Positions 47,651 to 57,624 of a stretch of DNA of 64,000 bases are shown here, one piece after another (the stretch's first letter is position 1; each line of letters starts with the position of its first letter). The notes under the pieces were generated by a model, which saw nothing but the letters and a program-made list of their open reading frames with translations, did no database searches and was not told the origin of the DNA. The stretch is from an uncultured delta proteobacterium (GTDB lineage: Bacteria; Bdellovibrionota; FAC87; UBA2466). Location: assembly GCA_963778115.1 (NCBI GenBank), contig CAVZSV010000004.1, forward strand, positions 960,001-1,024,000, read 5' to 3'. Made by a program: the position numbers and the translations under genes.

Positions 47651-50020
47651 TTAGGGAGTCATTATCTTGATTTCGTTCTGAGCTAAAGGGCTCCAGAAGG
47701 GGTCATTGCCGTTAGCAAGATCTTGCCAGATCTTTCTAGCTTGCTCTTTACGATGCAAGTGAATGAGACACTTGCCGAGTCGGTAACGAGCTCCGGCACT
47801 TTCTTCAGAAGTTCCATCGAGAACCAAGGCATTTTCCAACTCTTGACTCGCTTGTTGCCATTGGGAGAGCTCATATGAAGCACGACCTGAAAAATAACGG
47901 AAAGGGGCCAGGTCCTTTCCGGAAAGTCCCAATTTTAGAGATTTATTAAGAAGGTCGGAGGAGTGCCCCCACGTCTTTCCCTCCACCGCGATTTGATATA
48001 ACTCCGAAAGCGTCTTAACTTTATCTTCCTTGCTGGAGCGATCATAGAGATCGGAGGCTATTTCGTAGGCTTTCGAATACTGTTTTTGATCTTGATACAA
48101 TTTGAGTCGGGCCTTCAACGCTACCGGTGCATATTCCGGTTCATGTACTTTGATTAGGGCTTGGTCTGCTTCGGCATACCGCTTTTGGTCCAGTAATGCT
48201 TTCCCCGAGGTTAGCCAAAGATAATCCCGCGCTTGCGCAGGAAATCCCGCGGTCACGGCGAGCGGAGTTCGGCTCGAATGATGACCGCTCAGGAGTTCTT
48301 TCACTTTGTCTTGATCGCCGGCCTGGTAGCTCACGGCTACCCAGAATCCAGATACCGTGGGGTCTACAAAATCAACGAGGAGCTGCTCTTTTTCGAGATA
48401 ACTGATCGCAACCGCAGTGGGATCTTCGGCCTTAGCCAAAGCATCCACTAGCGCAACCGTAACTCCCGTTCTCATTTTCGGATCTGCTCCGGTAGAAGGA
48501 AGCATTTTTTCTTGCTTCCAAGCATCCATGAGAGCCAATCCTTTGGAAAGCTCTCCGGCTTCCATCAAGGATTGAAAGTGGTGGGTGAACCAATTCGCGT
48601 ACAATTCATGACCTTTGGGTTCAAACCGGGATCCCTTTAACCAGAGTTCATCTAACTTTTTGAAGTTTTCCAGCGTCCTAGAATCAGAAGCTGCTTCCCG
48701 ATTGAGAACTTTTTGATCGGATGTCGCCGAAGCGCGGTCCTTGAGCAATTTAATAAGACGTTCCCTAATAAAGGCGGCCATGGGCCCTTCTTTAATGGGG
48801 AAAGGAGCGCGTTCGTTCAGTCGAACTAAATAATCCAGGGATGACTCTTGACCGTCGTCTAGAAGAACGAGGCCTTTCTCTAGATAGGCGGCAGACCTCA
48901 TACTTTCGTCGTCGATACTGTCAATATCTTCATCGATCAATTTAAGCCGTCGTTCTTTTTCCACTTCTGAGACGGAAGGTAAATCTATGAGAAACGCATG
49001 AATCTTGGAAAAGATTCCCGCCGAAGAGGTGGGGTAATTCTCATGAATCGCCAAGTAATCTCCCACTACTTTTTCAATATCAGCGCCTGTACGAAATTCA
49101 ACGTCTGCCAATCGTTTCTGCACGAAAGGTAAGCACTGGGGGGAGGCTGCTTTGGCCTTTAGATATTCCGAATAATAGTACCTAGCTTTCTCATACTGCT
49201 TTGCTTGGTAATTCGCCTCACCCAAACTGTAAAAAACCGAAGGGTATTGTTTTTCAACTACGGGAAAATAAGAACTATAGATTTTATTATATTCTTTTTC
49301 CGAATTGGCTCCCGGCTTGCTTGCGGCAATATCGGCCAACCTAATTTCGGCACCCGTTCTTAGTCGGCTGTTTTTGCATTTCTGCAGGACTTGATTAAAA
49401 CCCGCCGCGGATTCGTCCATTTCATGCAAGAGGAACTCCGATTCGGCGACGCCCATTTCGAAAACACAGGACAGTTCGTGCAGCGGGTATTCTTCTCGAG
49501 CGCTCTTATAGAGAGAAAGACTTCGCTCATAGTTTCCCGCAGAGAGCCAGTGATCGGCCAAAGTGGCTGCAACCACGGGACCCAGCTCCGATTTGGGGTA
49601 GAGCAAAAGGGTTTCTCGCATGAGTCGTTCAGCGCTCTTTATAGAACCCGAATCCGTAGCCTGCTCCATCGCAGACTCTACTTGCAAAAATGCGGCAGCT
49701 TCTTGAAGTGCAGAGGTCTCAAAATTCCGTCGAAACCGCTTAAGTTCCGCTTCCAAAGTACTCCAATCTTTTTTCTGATAAACCTCCACCAAGCGGTTGT
49801 AGTCCTTAACCCCAGGAAGATCGTTCCCCACCGGAACAAAATATTCGGCTGCCACCTGAAGCCGACTGGGAACAACGCAAGCCGGCTGAGCAGTTTCGAC
49901 CGTTCGTAAGATGTGTCGTAGGGGGGTATCCGCTAATGCTGTCGTCGACGCGGCGCAAAGTAACCCACAGACGCCTAACGCGCGAAGCCCTACCAAACCG
50001 AATGTGCGAAAATAGCTCAC
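47651..50020 (-). CDS. Large exported TPR protein
   Basis: Signal peptide (..AASTTALA) after GTG 50020; multiple TPR-like repeats. Confidence 0.75.
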   Translation of the reverse strand: MSYFRTFGLVGLRALGVCGLLCAASTTALADTPLRHILRTVETAQPACVVPSRLQVAAEYFVPVGNDLPGVKDYNRLVEVYQKKDWSTLEAELKRFRRNFETSALQEAAAFLQVESAMEQATDSGSIKSAERLMRETLLLYPKSELGPVVAATLADHWLSAGNYERSLSLYKSAREEYPLHELSCVFEMGVAESEFLLHEMDESAAGFNQVLQKCKNSRLRTGAEIRLADIAASKPGANSEKEYNKIYSSYFPVVEKQYPSVFYSLGEANYQAKQYEKARYYYSEYLKAKAASPQCLPFVQKRLADVEFRTGADIEKVVGDYLAIHENYPTSSAGIFSKIHAFLIDLPSVSEVEKERRLKLIDEDIDSIDDESMRSAAYLEKGLVLLDDGQESSLDYLVRLNERAPFPIKEGPMAAFIRERLIKLLKDRASATSDQKVLNREAASDSRTLENFKKLDELWLKGSRFEPKGHELYANWFTHHFQSLMEAGELSKGLALMDAWKQEKMLPSTGADPKMRTGVTVALVDALAKAEDPTAVAISYLEKEQLLVDFVDPTVSGFWVAVSYQAGDQDKVKELLSGHHSSRTPLAVTAGFPAQARDYLWLTSGKALLDQKRYAEADQALIKVHEPEYAPVALKARLKLYQDQKQYSKAYEIASDLYDRSSKEDKVKTLSELYQIAVEGKTWGHSSDLLNKSLKLGLSGKDLAPFRYFSGRASYELSQWQQASQELENALVLDGTSEESAGARYRLGKCLIHLHRKEQARKIWQDLANGNDPFWSPLAQNEIKIMTP

Positions 50021-50103
50021 CGGAGAATTTCTGTTTTCGTTTTTTTGGGGAGTTTCGGTCCAAGTAAAGCTAGACCGTGGAAATGGATCCGTAGGGATAC
50101 TTA

Positions 50104-50119
50104 AGCAAACCACGTGCCG
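50104..50119 (-). promoter_or_regulatory. Sigma54 promoter for the TPR-activator operon
   Basis: Minus strand CGGCACGTGGTTTGCT (GGCACG-N4-TTGCT). Confidence 0.7.
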
Positions 50120-50245
50120 AGCCCAGCGCACGAATCATTGGGTTTTTTCTTGTAGCGCTAGGGTATTTCTTGTCGGAGCGCCAAGGGTATGACGGTTAAA
50201 GAGGCTCCCCAGGGGTTCCTAGCGACCCGGATGGCTCAGGCTAAG

Positions 50246-50339
50246 GTGAGAGTTCACGTTCATGGTCACGTTAACGAACTGCCATCCGTGGACATGAACT
50301 TGAACGTTTTGCCTGGACCTGCGCGTAAGCCCCCAAACC
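50246..50339. repeat. Imperfect inverted repeat sharing motifs with 31.2-31.8 kb
   Basis: GTTCACGTTCATGGTCACG ... CGTGGACATGAACTTGAAC (16 of 19), then CGTAAGCCCCCAAACC. Confidence 0.65.
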
Positions 50340-50620
50340 TCAAGACTGGCAAGCAATGGCATCAAAAAACTTCTCCGATGAAGGACTTCCTTTTCTGGCT
50401 CCCGTCACTTCTTGAGCCAGACTTTTCTTTTCCCCACATTAGACTCGGCTCCTGATTTGATTACGCGCAGCCGCTAAAACCACGCCCTCTCACGAGAGCA
50501 CCGCTTAATAAATAACACTATACGTCAAGTAGTTTTCAGCTAATAAATCAACTTTTTGCCTCGATGCTTTTCGAGATCTTTCCGATAAGGTATTCGATAA
50601 CCCATGAAGGGCATGACCCC

Positions 50621-51139
50621 ATGATTCGACCACAGCGCGCCAGACTCGCCAATGCCATACTCTGCCTCTCTTTGGTATTTGTCGGGCAGTGCGCTTTTTT
50701 GGGATCCGGACCTGACATTGTTCACGCTTCAGGATACCAATTTCACGCGCCCAGCAGTTGGAAGAAAATGGAACCGGGTGAGAGTGACCACGCTTATCGT
50801 CTTCCCTCGAACGATATCGCTACCCTTACTTCATCCTGTCACGGCCATCCCGATGCTCCTTTGGAGATCTTAACGCGGCATTTGTTGTTCGGAACTCACG
50901 ATGCCAAGATCGCCGAGCAAAGGCATATTTCGGTAAACGGTATTCCAGCACTGCGGACGGAAGTTCGGGAAACTCTCGATGGAAAGGCCTTCAGTCTGAT
51001 TTTGGTCGTACTTTCTAAGAATGGCTGTGTTTTTGATTTCGACCTTCTTAGTCCGAAAACCATTGGAGATCGAGAAGATCAAGAGTTCATGAGATTTACC
51101 GAAAGTTTTTCTTTTCAGAACAAGTCACCGGAGAGATGA
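50621..51139 (+). CDS. Exported hypothetical protein (PsbP-like fold suspected) at the head of the mla operon
   Basis: Hydrophobic N-terminus with Cys; ..P..W, V.G.PAL, K..C.FDF, F..F..SF pattern; overlaps the mlaE start. Confidence 0.6.
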   Translation: MIRPQRARLANAILCLSLVFVGQCAFLGSGPDIVHASGYQFHAPSSWKKMEPGESDHAYRLPSNDIATLTSSCHGHPDAPLEILTRHLLFGTHDAKIAEQRHISVNGIPALRTEVRETLDGKAFSLILVVLSKNGCVFDFDLLSPKTIGDREDQEFMRFTESFSFQNKSPER

Positions 51140-51981
51140 AAGCGATGAATTCGGAATCAAAAATTAGACCGCATCCGGGACTAGTGCTCGAATTTGCAAA
51201 GTCAAAGGCCTCGAAATTTTTCCATGACCTGCTGGATTTCGTCGGAGGCAGCGTCAATCTCATGTATGCGACGATACTCTCGGTCTTTCGCCCGCCTTAC
51301 TACTTCGGTCTGTTCACCGAGCAATGCTACGCCTTGGGATTCAAATCACTTTCCATAGCTTTCATAACTGCGCTCTCTACCGGAATGGTCATGTCCATTC
51401 AGTTTGGATATGGACTCGAAAGATTTGGAGGAAAACTGTATGTCCCAAAAGTAGTGGGGCTGTCGGTAATGCGAGAACTGGGCCCTGTCTTAACTTGTCT
51501 GATGCTCGCGGGACGCGTGGGGGCCGGAATTGCCGCTGAAGTAGGATCCATGAAAGTAACCCAACAGATCGACGCCATTCGTGCTCTAGGAACCGATCCC
51601 CTAAAACGTATCGTCATCCCTAGAATATTAGCCATGCTTCTGATGACACCTTTACTCACTATCATGGCTGATATGGTCGGAATTTTCGGCGGAATGGTTT
51701 TGTCTTACTTCGAACTCAATATCCCCATGGATTTTTACTACCACGAAGCGGTTACCTCTTTGCAAATCAGCGACTTTACGGTTGGGGTGACCAAAACAGT
51801 ATTCTTCGGTCTGATCATTGCCGTAACCGGTTGCTATTACGGATTACAGACGGAGGGAGGCACACAGGGAGTAGGGCAAGCTACCCGCCACTCCGTCGTG
51901 ACCTCTTCGATTTTGATTACTATCTTTGATTTTATTTTGACCAAAATGTTTTGGATCTTTGAACGAGGCACGCATGGCTAA
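51136..51981 (+). CDS. mlaE: Mla/Mce ABC transporter permease
   Basis: RELGPVL, AGRVGAGIAAEVGSM.VT.QIDA...LG.DP, GVG.AT..SVV. Confidence 0.93.
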   Translation: MKAMNSESKIRPHPGLVLEFAKSKASKFFHDLLDFVGGSVNLMYATILSVFRPPYYFGLFTEQCYALGFKSLSIAFITALSTGMVMSIQFGYGLERFGGKLYVPKVVGLSVMRELGPVLTCLMLAGRVGAGIAAEVGSMKVTQQIDAIRALGTDPLKRIVIPRILAMLLMTPLLTIMADMVGIFGGMVLSYFELNIPMDFYYHEAVTSLQISDFTVGVTKTVFFGLIIAVTGCYYGLQTEGGTQGVGQATRHSVVTSSILITIFDFILTKMFWIFERGTHG

Positions 51982-52765
51982 TAGCCGGGATAAAACTCGA
52001 GAAGAGCCACATCCTACCGCCAGCACGGGTCATGAACCCTTAATTAGGGTGGAAGGCGTCTATAAGCATTTTGGATCCAAGATCGTCCATGACGGCATTG
52101 ATCTTACGATCTTTAAGGGAGAGATTCTTACCCTCATGGGAGGGAGCGGATCAGGAAAGAGTGTCCTATTGCGTTCGCTTATTGGATTAGAAAAGCCGGA
52201 TAAAGGGAGTATCTTCTTCAAAGATACCGATATCGCGAAGCTAAATGAAGAGCAGTTAGTCGCTGTCCGAAAGAAGATTGCTTATGTATTTCAATATGGA
52301 GCCCTCTTTGATAGTTTCACGGTAGCGGAAAATTTGGCCTATCCCCTACGCGAACATACTTCTCTTAGCGAAAATGAAATCCGAGACAAAGTTTCCGAGA
52401 CCTTGGAAAAATTGGGACTTCAGGGAACACAAGAACTCTTTCCTTCTGACCTTAGCGGAGGAATGCAGCGGCGAGTGGGAGTTGCCCGCAGTATTATTAT
52501 GGACCCCGAAGTCATCCTCTACGATGAGCCCACGACAGGGCTCGATCCCTATAATACCAAACAGATTTTGAAGATCATCTTACAACTCCAATCGCAAGGA
52601 GCAACTTCCGTGTTGGTAACTCACGATATGTTCAGTATCTTTAGCGTTACCAATCGAGTCGCATTCCTAAAGAACGGAAAGATAAGAGCCATAGGCTTGG
52701 CTGAAGAGATAAAAAACACAGCCGATCCGGCAGTCAGTGGATTTATTCATGGAGAGACGCTGTAA
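51974..52765 (+). CDS. mlaF: Mla/Mce ABC transporter ATP-binding protein
   Basis: GGSGSGKSV, FQ.GALFDS.TV.EN, PS.LSGGM..R, YDEPTTGLDP. Confidence 0.92.
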   Translation: MANSRDKTREEPHPTASTGHEPLIRVEGVYKHFGSKIVHDGIDLTIFKGEILTLMGGSGSGKSVLLRSLIGLEKPDKGSIFFKDTDIAKLNEEQLVAVRKKIAYVFQYGALFDSFTVAENLAYPLREHTSLSENEIRDKVSETLEKLGLQGTQELFPSDLSGGMQRRVGVARSIIMDPEVILYDEPTTGLDPYNTKQILKIILQLQSQGATSVLVTHDMFSIFSVTNRVAFLKNGKIRAIGLAEEIKNTADPAVSGFIHGETL

Positions 52766-53559
52766 TGGATAAGCGGATTACAACTAATGTCGTGGTGGGA
52801 GCCTTCGTGCTCATTGGCTTCGGCCTTTTTCTTTTCCTCATAATGACAGTCGGAGGAGGAACTGGCCTTTTCACCTCTCGCCTGGAACTTTTCGGGCGAT
52901 TTTCCCATGTGAAAGGGCTTCATGCAGGTTCGGAAGTTTCGTTATCTGGTTTGCGGGTCGGAACGGTCAAAAAAATTGAAATCGCCAACGACGGAAGCAA
53001 AGATCTCATCGTGGATCTGATGATTAACAAAGAGGTAGCAGATAAATTGCGAAAGGATTCTATCGCGAAGGTGGCCACACAAGGCGTTTTGGGTGACAAG
53101 TATGTGGAGCTCACGATAGGAAGCAACAACGAGGCACCCCTTAATAACGGAGACTTTATTCATACCGAAGAGGTCGAGGACCTTTTCACAAAAAGCGGTG
53201 GGTTAGTCGACGATATCTCACGACAGTTCATGAAGGGAGGCGATTTCGATGCCCTTGTGAAAAACCTGAACAAAACGGCGGCCAATCTTGCCTCTCTTAC
53301 GGAAGAAGCAAAAGCGGGAAAGGGGCTGCTTGCCGAATCCCTCCGTGGTGATTCGGGAGCTAAGCTTAATCGATCTCTCGGCCACGTTGAAAGTATCTTA
53401 GGAAAAATAGACCGCGGGGAAGGCACCTTGGGCGGGCTTATCAACGATCCTACCGTTTACGAAGATCTCAAAAGTATTATGGGCGGGGCAAAGCGCAGTT
53501 CTATTTTGCAGTACTTCATGCGCCAGTTTAAAGACTCCGGAGATAAAACTAAGCGTTAA
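52765..53559 (+). CDS. mlaD: MCE domain protein
   Basis: TM helix; GL..GS.V...[25 protein letters not shown]. Confidence 0.9.
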   Translation: MDKRITTNVVVGAFVLIGFGLFLFLIMTVGGGTGLFTSRLELFGRFSHVKGLHAGSEVSLSGLRVGTVKKIEIANDGSKDLIVDLMINKEVADKLRKDSIAKVATQGVLGDKYVELTIGSNNEAPLNNGDFIHTEEVEDLFTKSGGLVDDISRQFMKGGDFDALVKNLNKTAANLASLTEEAKAGKGLLAESLRGDSGAKLNRSLGHVESILGKIDRGEGTLGGLINDPTVYEDLKSIMGGAKRSSILQYFMRQFKDSGDKTKR

Positions 53560-54463
53560 CTCGCAACCGCTTACGTTTTAATTTCTCTACCAAAGTAGTG
53601 CGATTAAGTCCCAATAACGTGGCAGCTTTGTTCTTATTTCCCGCCGTTCGTTGTAACGCTTGCAGGATTAATTCATTTTCAAATTCATTAACGGCGTCGT
53701 TAAAATCCAATCCATCCTCCGGCAGCGAAACGCTGGCTACAAACCTATCTAGACGGACTGTCCGAAAGTAATCCACGGGGAAGTCTTTCAGTTCAATACT
53801 CCCCTCCCCTTTTTTTAAGACAACAACGCGCTCAATGAGGTTTTCGAGCTCTCGAATATTTCCCGGCCAATGGTATTCCATTAAACACCGCATCGCCTCT
53901 TCCGTAATACCGGAAATATTTTTGGAGTTGAGACGGCAGAATCTTTCGAGGAAAGTTCGTACCAATAAAGGAATATCAGACCGGCGACTCCGAAGAGGCG
54001 GAATAAAGATCGGAATGACGTTCAGACGATAGTAAAGATCTTCGCGAAATCGCCGTTCCGCGACGGCAACTTCGAGGTCCTGATTCGAAGCGGCGATGAT
54101 CCTTGCTTCTAATTTGATACTAGAAGCGCTTCCCACGGGTTCAAACACCTTATTTTGAATAGCTCGAAGTATTTTCGCTTGAAGATCGAGCGGAAGATCA
54201 CTGATTTCATCTAGGAATAACGTTCCTTCGCGCGCTAGTTGAAACCGGCCGATTCTGTTCTGAGTGGCTCCCGTAAAAGCGCCCTTCATGTGACCAAATA
54301 ATTCGCTTTCCAATAGATTCGTAGGGATCGCGCCACAGTTCACCGCAACCCAAGGTTGCTTTTGACGAGGGCTTAGCGCATGGATGGCTGCCGCTACCAC
54401 CTCTTTTCCGGTTCCACTCTCGCCGGTTATGAGCACTGTGGAATCGCTGTTGCGAATGCTCAT
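53549..54463 (-). CDS. AAA+/HTH part of a FleQ/FlrA-like sigma54 activator (distal half of a split gene)
   Basis: [49 protein letters not shown] (FleQ-like HTH). Confidence 0.85.
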   Translation of the reverse strand: MSIRNSDSTVLITGESGTGKEVVAAAIHALSPRQKQPWVAVNCGAIPTNLLESELFGHMKGAFTGATQNRIGRFQLAREGTLFLDEISDLPLDLQAKILRAIQNKVFEPVGSASSIKLEARIIAASNQDLEVAVAERRFREDLYYRLNVIPIFIPPLRSRRSDIPLLVRTFLERFCRLNSKNISGITEEAMRCLMEYHWPGNIRELENLIERVVVLKKGEGSIELKDFPVDYFRTVRLDRFVASVSLPEDGLDFNDAVNEFENELILQALQRTAGNKNKAATLLGLNRTTLVEKLKRKRLRVNA

Positions 54464-54909
54464 GATGAGTTGGAAGATCTCAAGATCTTAGGATGCCTCC
54501 CCACGAACTGAGGGAAAGGAAACTCGATACTTCCTTCCTCCACGGGATCCACGACGATGCGGGAGAGGGTATCGGTAAGGACCTCGGCGAGGCCACTAAG
54601 CTCCGTTTGCCGGTGCCAAAAATTTGACGCTCCCGCCCTCATCACTCCCACCACAATAGCAGCGTCAGCTCGATCGCTTAGCACCACTATGGAAGTGGCC
54701 GCGCGATCCTTCTTAAGACGATAGATCTCTTCGATCTTGTCCACGGATTCAATCGGCCAAAGGCACAGATGAAAGTATTGCTTGCGAAGGAGATCTCTGG
54801 CGGTTTCAAGATCCGTTGCCGTCACGACCCATAAATGCATCGACGACAAAAGATCCTTATATCTTTCCGCACGAAGGCCATCGCGATCGTACACCAATAC
54901 GCGCGTCAT
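54460..54909 (-). CDS. Atypical receiver domain (proximal half of the split activator)
   Basis: REC-like pattern without the phosphoacceptor Asp (HLCLWP); ends in the linker FVGRHPKIL, which continues as EIFQLIM in the next frame. Confidence 0.7.
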   Translation of the reverse strand: MTRVLVYDRDGLRAERYKDLLSSMHLWVVTATDLETARDLLRKQYFHLCLWPIESVDKIEEIYRLKKDRAATSIVVLSDRADAAIVVGVMRAGASNFWHRQTELSGLAEVLTDTLSRIVVDPVEEGSIEFPFPQFVGRHPKILRSSNSS

Positions 54910-55029
54910 TGGTCTCCCTTGTTAGCAAGCCCACTTTTCTAGTTTCAGAAAAGCTTCAGAAATCTAATTTGTTTCCGGGAATTAAGAAATGAGGGGCAAC
55001 ACAATTAGTTTATGATTACTGCGCTAAAT

Positions 55030-55045
55030 TGTCAATGAATTGACA
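55030..55045. promoter_or_regulatory. FleQ-box-like palindrome
   Basis: TGTCAATGAATTGACA (TGT-N10-ACA; GTCAAT..ATTGAC). Confidence 0.6.
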
Positions 55046-55080
55046 GGCTAGATCGACGACAAAGCCGGTTTCGCGTAGAG

Positions 55081-57021
55081 TCAAGCGACTCGATTAACCT
55101 GCTTAGGTTGGGTCACTTCGAAAATCTTTTTCTCTACGAATAACTCGTAAAGTACCGGATCTAATTTACCTTCAGCTACTTCTTGGGCAAGAATTTGAAC
55201 CGCCTTTTCCGTGGGAACCGCCTCTTTATACCAACGGTCCGCCGCCGTAAGGGCATCAAAAATATCGGCGATCGTCATTATTTTGGACTGCAATGGGATT
55301 TCGTGCGACGTCAGCCCTCGAGGATAACCGGAACCGTCCAACTTTTCGTGATGGCCGTAGGCTATCTCAGGCAGATGCTTAAAATCCTTGGTCCACGGAA
55401 TCATTTTTAGAAATTGATACGTATGGCGCACGTGAGATTCGATCTCAAGCCGTTCATTTTCAGTGAGCGAACCTCGGGTGACGGCCAGAGCTTTATATTC
55501 TTCTTCGGCGAGCAGTGCTATCTTCTGGCCATCGGGAAGCAGTAGTTGTTCGTTTCTAATTCTCTCAAGTGCTTCCATATTCTCTTTTTTCAAAACGGCA
55601 GGCTCATTCGCCGCCAAAATAATCTGCCAGTAGATATCTATCTCCTGCAGCTTCTGCGTGTACTCTTTTTCGGCCGATTCGTTTCCGCTTCCCAAAAGTC
55701 GCTTTTCTAAATAAGTAATTTTTGCTGCCGCTTTGCAAACTTTGATTCGTTCCTTGATTCCATCGAGCTGCCAGCCGTAAAGTTTTTTTGCCTTTACCAG
55801 GACCTCTTCACGAACACCAATCTTGCCGAAGTCGTGCAGAAGGGCTGCATACTCCAGCTCTCGAATCTCTTCTTCTTTGAAGCGGACCGATCGATAAATT
55901 CCGACCTCACATTCCGTTGTCGCCCTTGCAAGAGCCACTGAAATTTTTGCCACTCGTTCAGAATGACCACCCGTGCTGGGATCCCTAGATTCGATGGCGG
56001 TAATGGAAGCCCTTACAAAGCCTTCGAACAGTCTTTGAATATCGGCATACAGATCAACGTTCTCTAGGCAGATTGCCGATTGAGTGGCAAAGGACGCCAA
56101 CAAACTGTTATCCTCTTCGTCAAATTGTGTACTTTGAGAATTTCCGTGAATTCCGACGATATTGGAGCGCTTGTTAGTCAGCTGCAAAATAGCTACGATT
56201 TCGTTTCGACTGTTTTTAAAGGGAATGGTCAACATCGAGCGGGTATGGTCCTCTTTAAAATGGTCCATTCCTCGTTGGAGTTGCGGAAGGGTTAACGGGC
56301 GGAGATCGTTAACATCGAGAATATTAAGGGGCTTACCGGTAAGGGCCACATAGCCGCAAATGCTCGCTTCGGACACCCTTATATTTAAAGGCTTCACCTT
56401 AACTTCGCTGACACTCTCGGCGATAATTCTTAAGCGAAAACTTAATTCGCCGTCATTCTCCTGAATCATGTAAAGCGTGCCGCTTTCGGCCGAGACCAAC
56501 TCCATGGCTTTTACTAAAATGGTTGCCAACAACCTTTCGGGCTCTCGCTCCGCCGAAAGGGCGATGAAGGTTTCATTGAGTTTCTGCAAAGTCTTTTGAT
56601 TGACTCTTTGGCCCCCGCGCTCGTCCGCTCTAAAAAGAAGTCGGGTGACTCGCAGCAAGAAAAGATCGGTCTGTTTTCGAAATTCTTTTTCAGGGACTAC
56701 ATCTAGAAGTTCTGGAAGGTCGTAGGAGGAGCGGAGCAGAGCTTCAGGGTTACTACTCACCACGATAACACCCAAATGGGGCACTACATTGGCTCCGGAG
56801 TGTTTCCTCAGAGCCTCGAGCGTCGGTGTAAAATCGTTCTCGCTCACGACAAGTAGACGTCTTAACGAACCGGGCTGATTTTGAAACGCTTTACAGACAG
56901 CTTCGTCATCGATAGCCGTTATCGAGTGCCAACTGTTTGGAATAATAAGCTTACGTGTCAAGGAACCTTCCCTGACAATTACAAGGGCTTGATGCGTCAT
57001 GTCGTGAGATGGACTAGGCAT
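55081..57021 (-). CDS. GAF + HD-GYP cyclic dinucleotide phosphodiesterase
   Basis: GAF (SICGYVA.TG..LNI.D, TRSML.IP, QL.NK); GHSERVA, LHDFGK, HHEKLDGSGYP, ADIFDAL. Confidence 0.92.
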   Translation of the reverse strand: MPSPSHDMTHQALVIVREGSLTRKLIIPNSWHSITAIDDEAVCKAFQNQPGSLRRLLVVSENDFTPTLEALRKHSGANVVPHLGVIVVSSNPEALLRSSYDLPELLDVVPEKEFRKQTDLFLLRVTRLLFRADERGGQRVNQKTLQKLNETFIALSAEREPERLLATILVKAMELVSAESGTLYMIQENDGELSFRLRIIAESVSEVKVKPLNIRVSEASICGYVALTGKPLNILDVNDLRPLTLPQLQRGMDHFKEDHTRSMLTIPFKNSRNEIVAILQLTNKRSNIVGIHGNSQSTQFDEEDNSLLASFATQSAICLENVDLYADIQRLFEGFVRASITAIESRDPSTGGHSERVAKISVALARATTECEVGIYRSVRFKEEEIRELEYAALLHDFGKIGVREEVLVKAKKLYGWQLDGIKERIKVCKAAAKITYLEKRLLGSGNESAEKEYTQKLQEIDIYWQIILAANEPAVLKKENMEALERIRNEQLLLPDGQKIALLAEEEYKALAVTRGSLTENERLEIESHVRHTYQFLKMIPWTKDFKHLPEIAYGHHEKLDGSGYPRGLTSHEIPLQSKIMTIADIFDALTAADRWYKEAVPTEKAVQILAQEVAEGKLDPVLYELFVEKKIFEVTQPKQVNRVA

Positions 57022-57038
57022 AGATGGACCTAGTCTCC

Positions 57039-57066
57039 GTATCGGCAGAAGATTGTGGCGAGATTA
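57039..57066 (-). promoter_or_regulatory. Candidate sigma28 promoter for the HD-GYP gene
   Basis: Minus strand TAAT-N16-GCCGATAC just upstream of a GGAG RBS. Confidence 0.4.
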
Positions 57067-57068
57067 GA

Positions 57069-57581
57069 TTATTTTGAGAACGATTCTAACCAGGAAACGA
57101 CGTCTGCCGGAGGGGTAGCACTCTTAGCATCAATCCCCAACGAACCCAGCGCCTGTAAAGGAGCAATGGTTTCCCGTTTGTGCTTGATTGCCGATCGGAC
57201 TAAAGCACGGCAAGCGAGCTTTCCGTGACTTACGATCTCATGATAAAAATAGAACCACTTCTCTTCCACCCGAACGATTTGAGCACTTACCGTAAAGGGC
57301 TGAAACACTTTGAGCGGCCTAAAATACTGCACCTCTTGCCTGGCGATGGGAGCGAACCAACCGTTTTTGACCGCTAGGGAGAGTATCCCTGTTCTGACAC
57401 TAAACGCCCAGCGCATCGCCTCCATGTAATTGAGAAAGACCGCATTATTCATATGCAAGTTCTGATCGAGATCGATAGGCAGCACCCTGAATGTTTCCGC
57501 TAGGGGCTTGGAAAGATCGATAATCTTTGATCTAAGTGTCGAGACCGCCATCATTTGGGCGGTGCGTAAAAACAGTGTCAT
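57069..57581 (-). CDS. Hotdog-fold acyl-CoA thioesterase
   Basis: VLP.DLD.N.HMNNA..L, Y.RPL..FQ.F. Confidence 0.85.
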   Translation of the reverse strand: MTLFLRTAQMMAVSTLRSKIIDLSKPLAETFRVLPIDLDQNLHMNNAVFLNYMEAMRWAFSVRTGILSLAVKNGWFAPIARQEVQYFRPLKVFQPFTVSAQIVRVEEKWFYFYHEIVSHGKLACRALVRSAIKHKRETIAPLQALGSLGIDAKSATPPADVVSWLESFSK

Positions 57582-57624
57582 GGGGAGGCAATATCATAGG
57601 CTTAGAAAAGCGCGGTAGAAAAAA

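Noticed and set aside
50021..50131. N-terminal extension of the TPR ORF in the track
   Set aside because: It overlaps a good sigma54 promoter, and the signal peptide begins at GTG 50020.
50189..50455. 88-aa ORF containing VHVHGHV
   Set aside because: The His-Val pattern is the translation of the GTTCAC inverted repeat.
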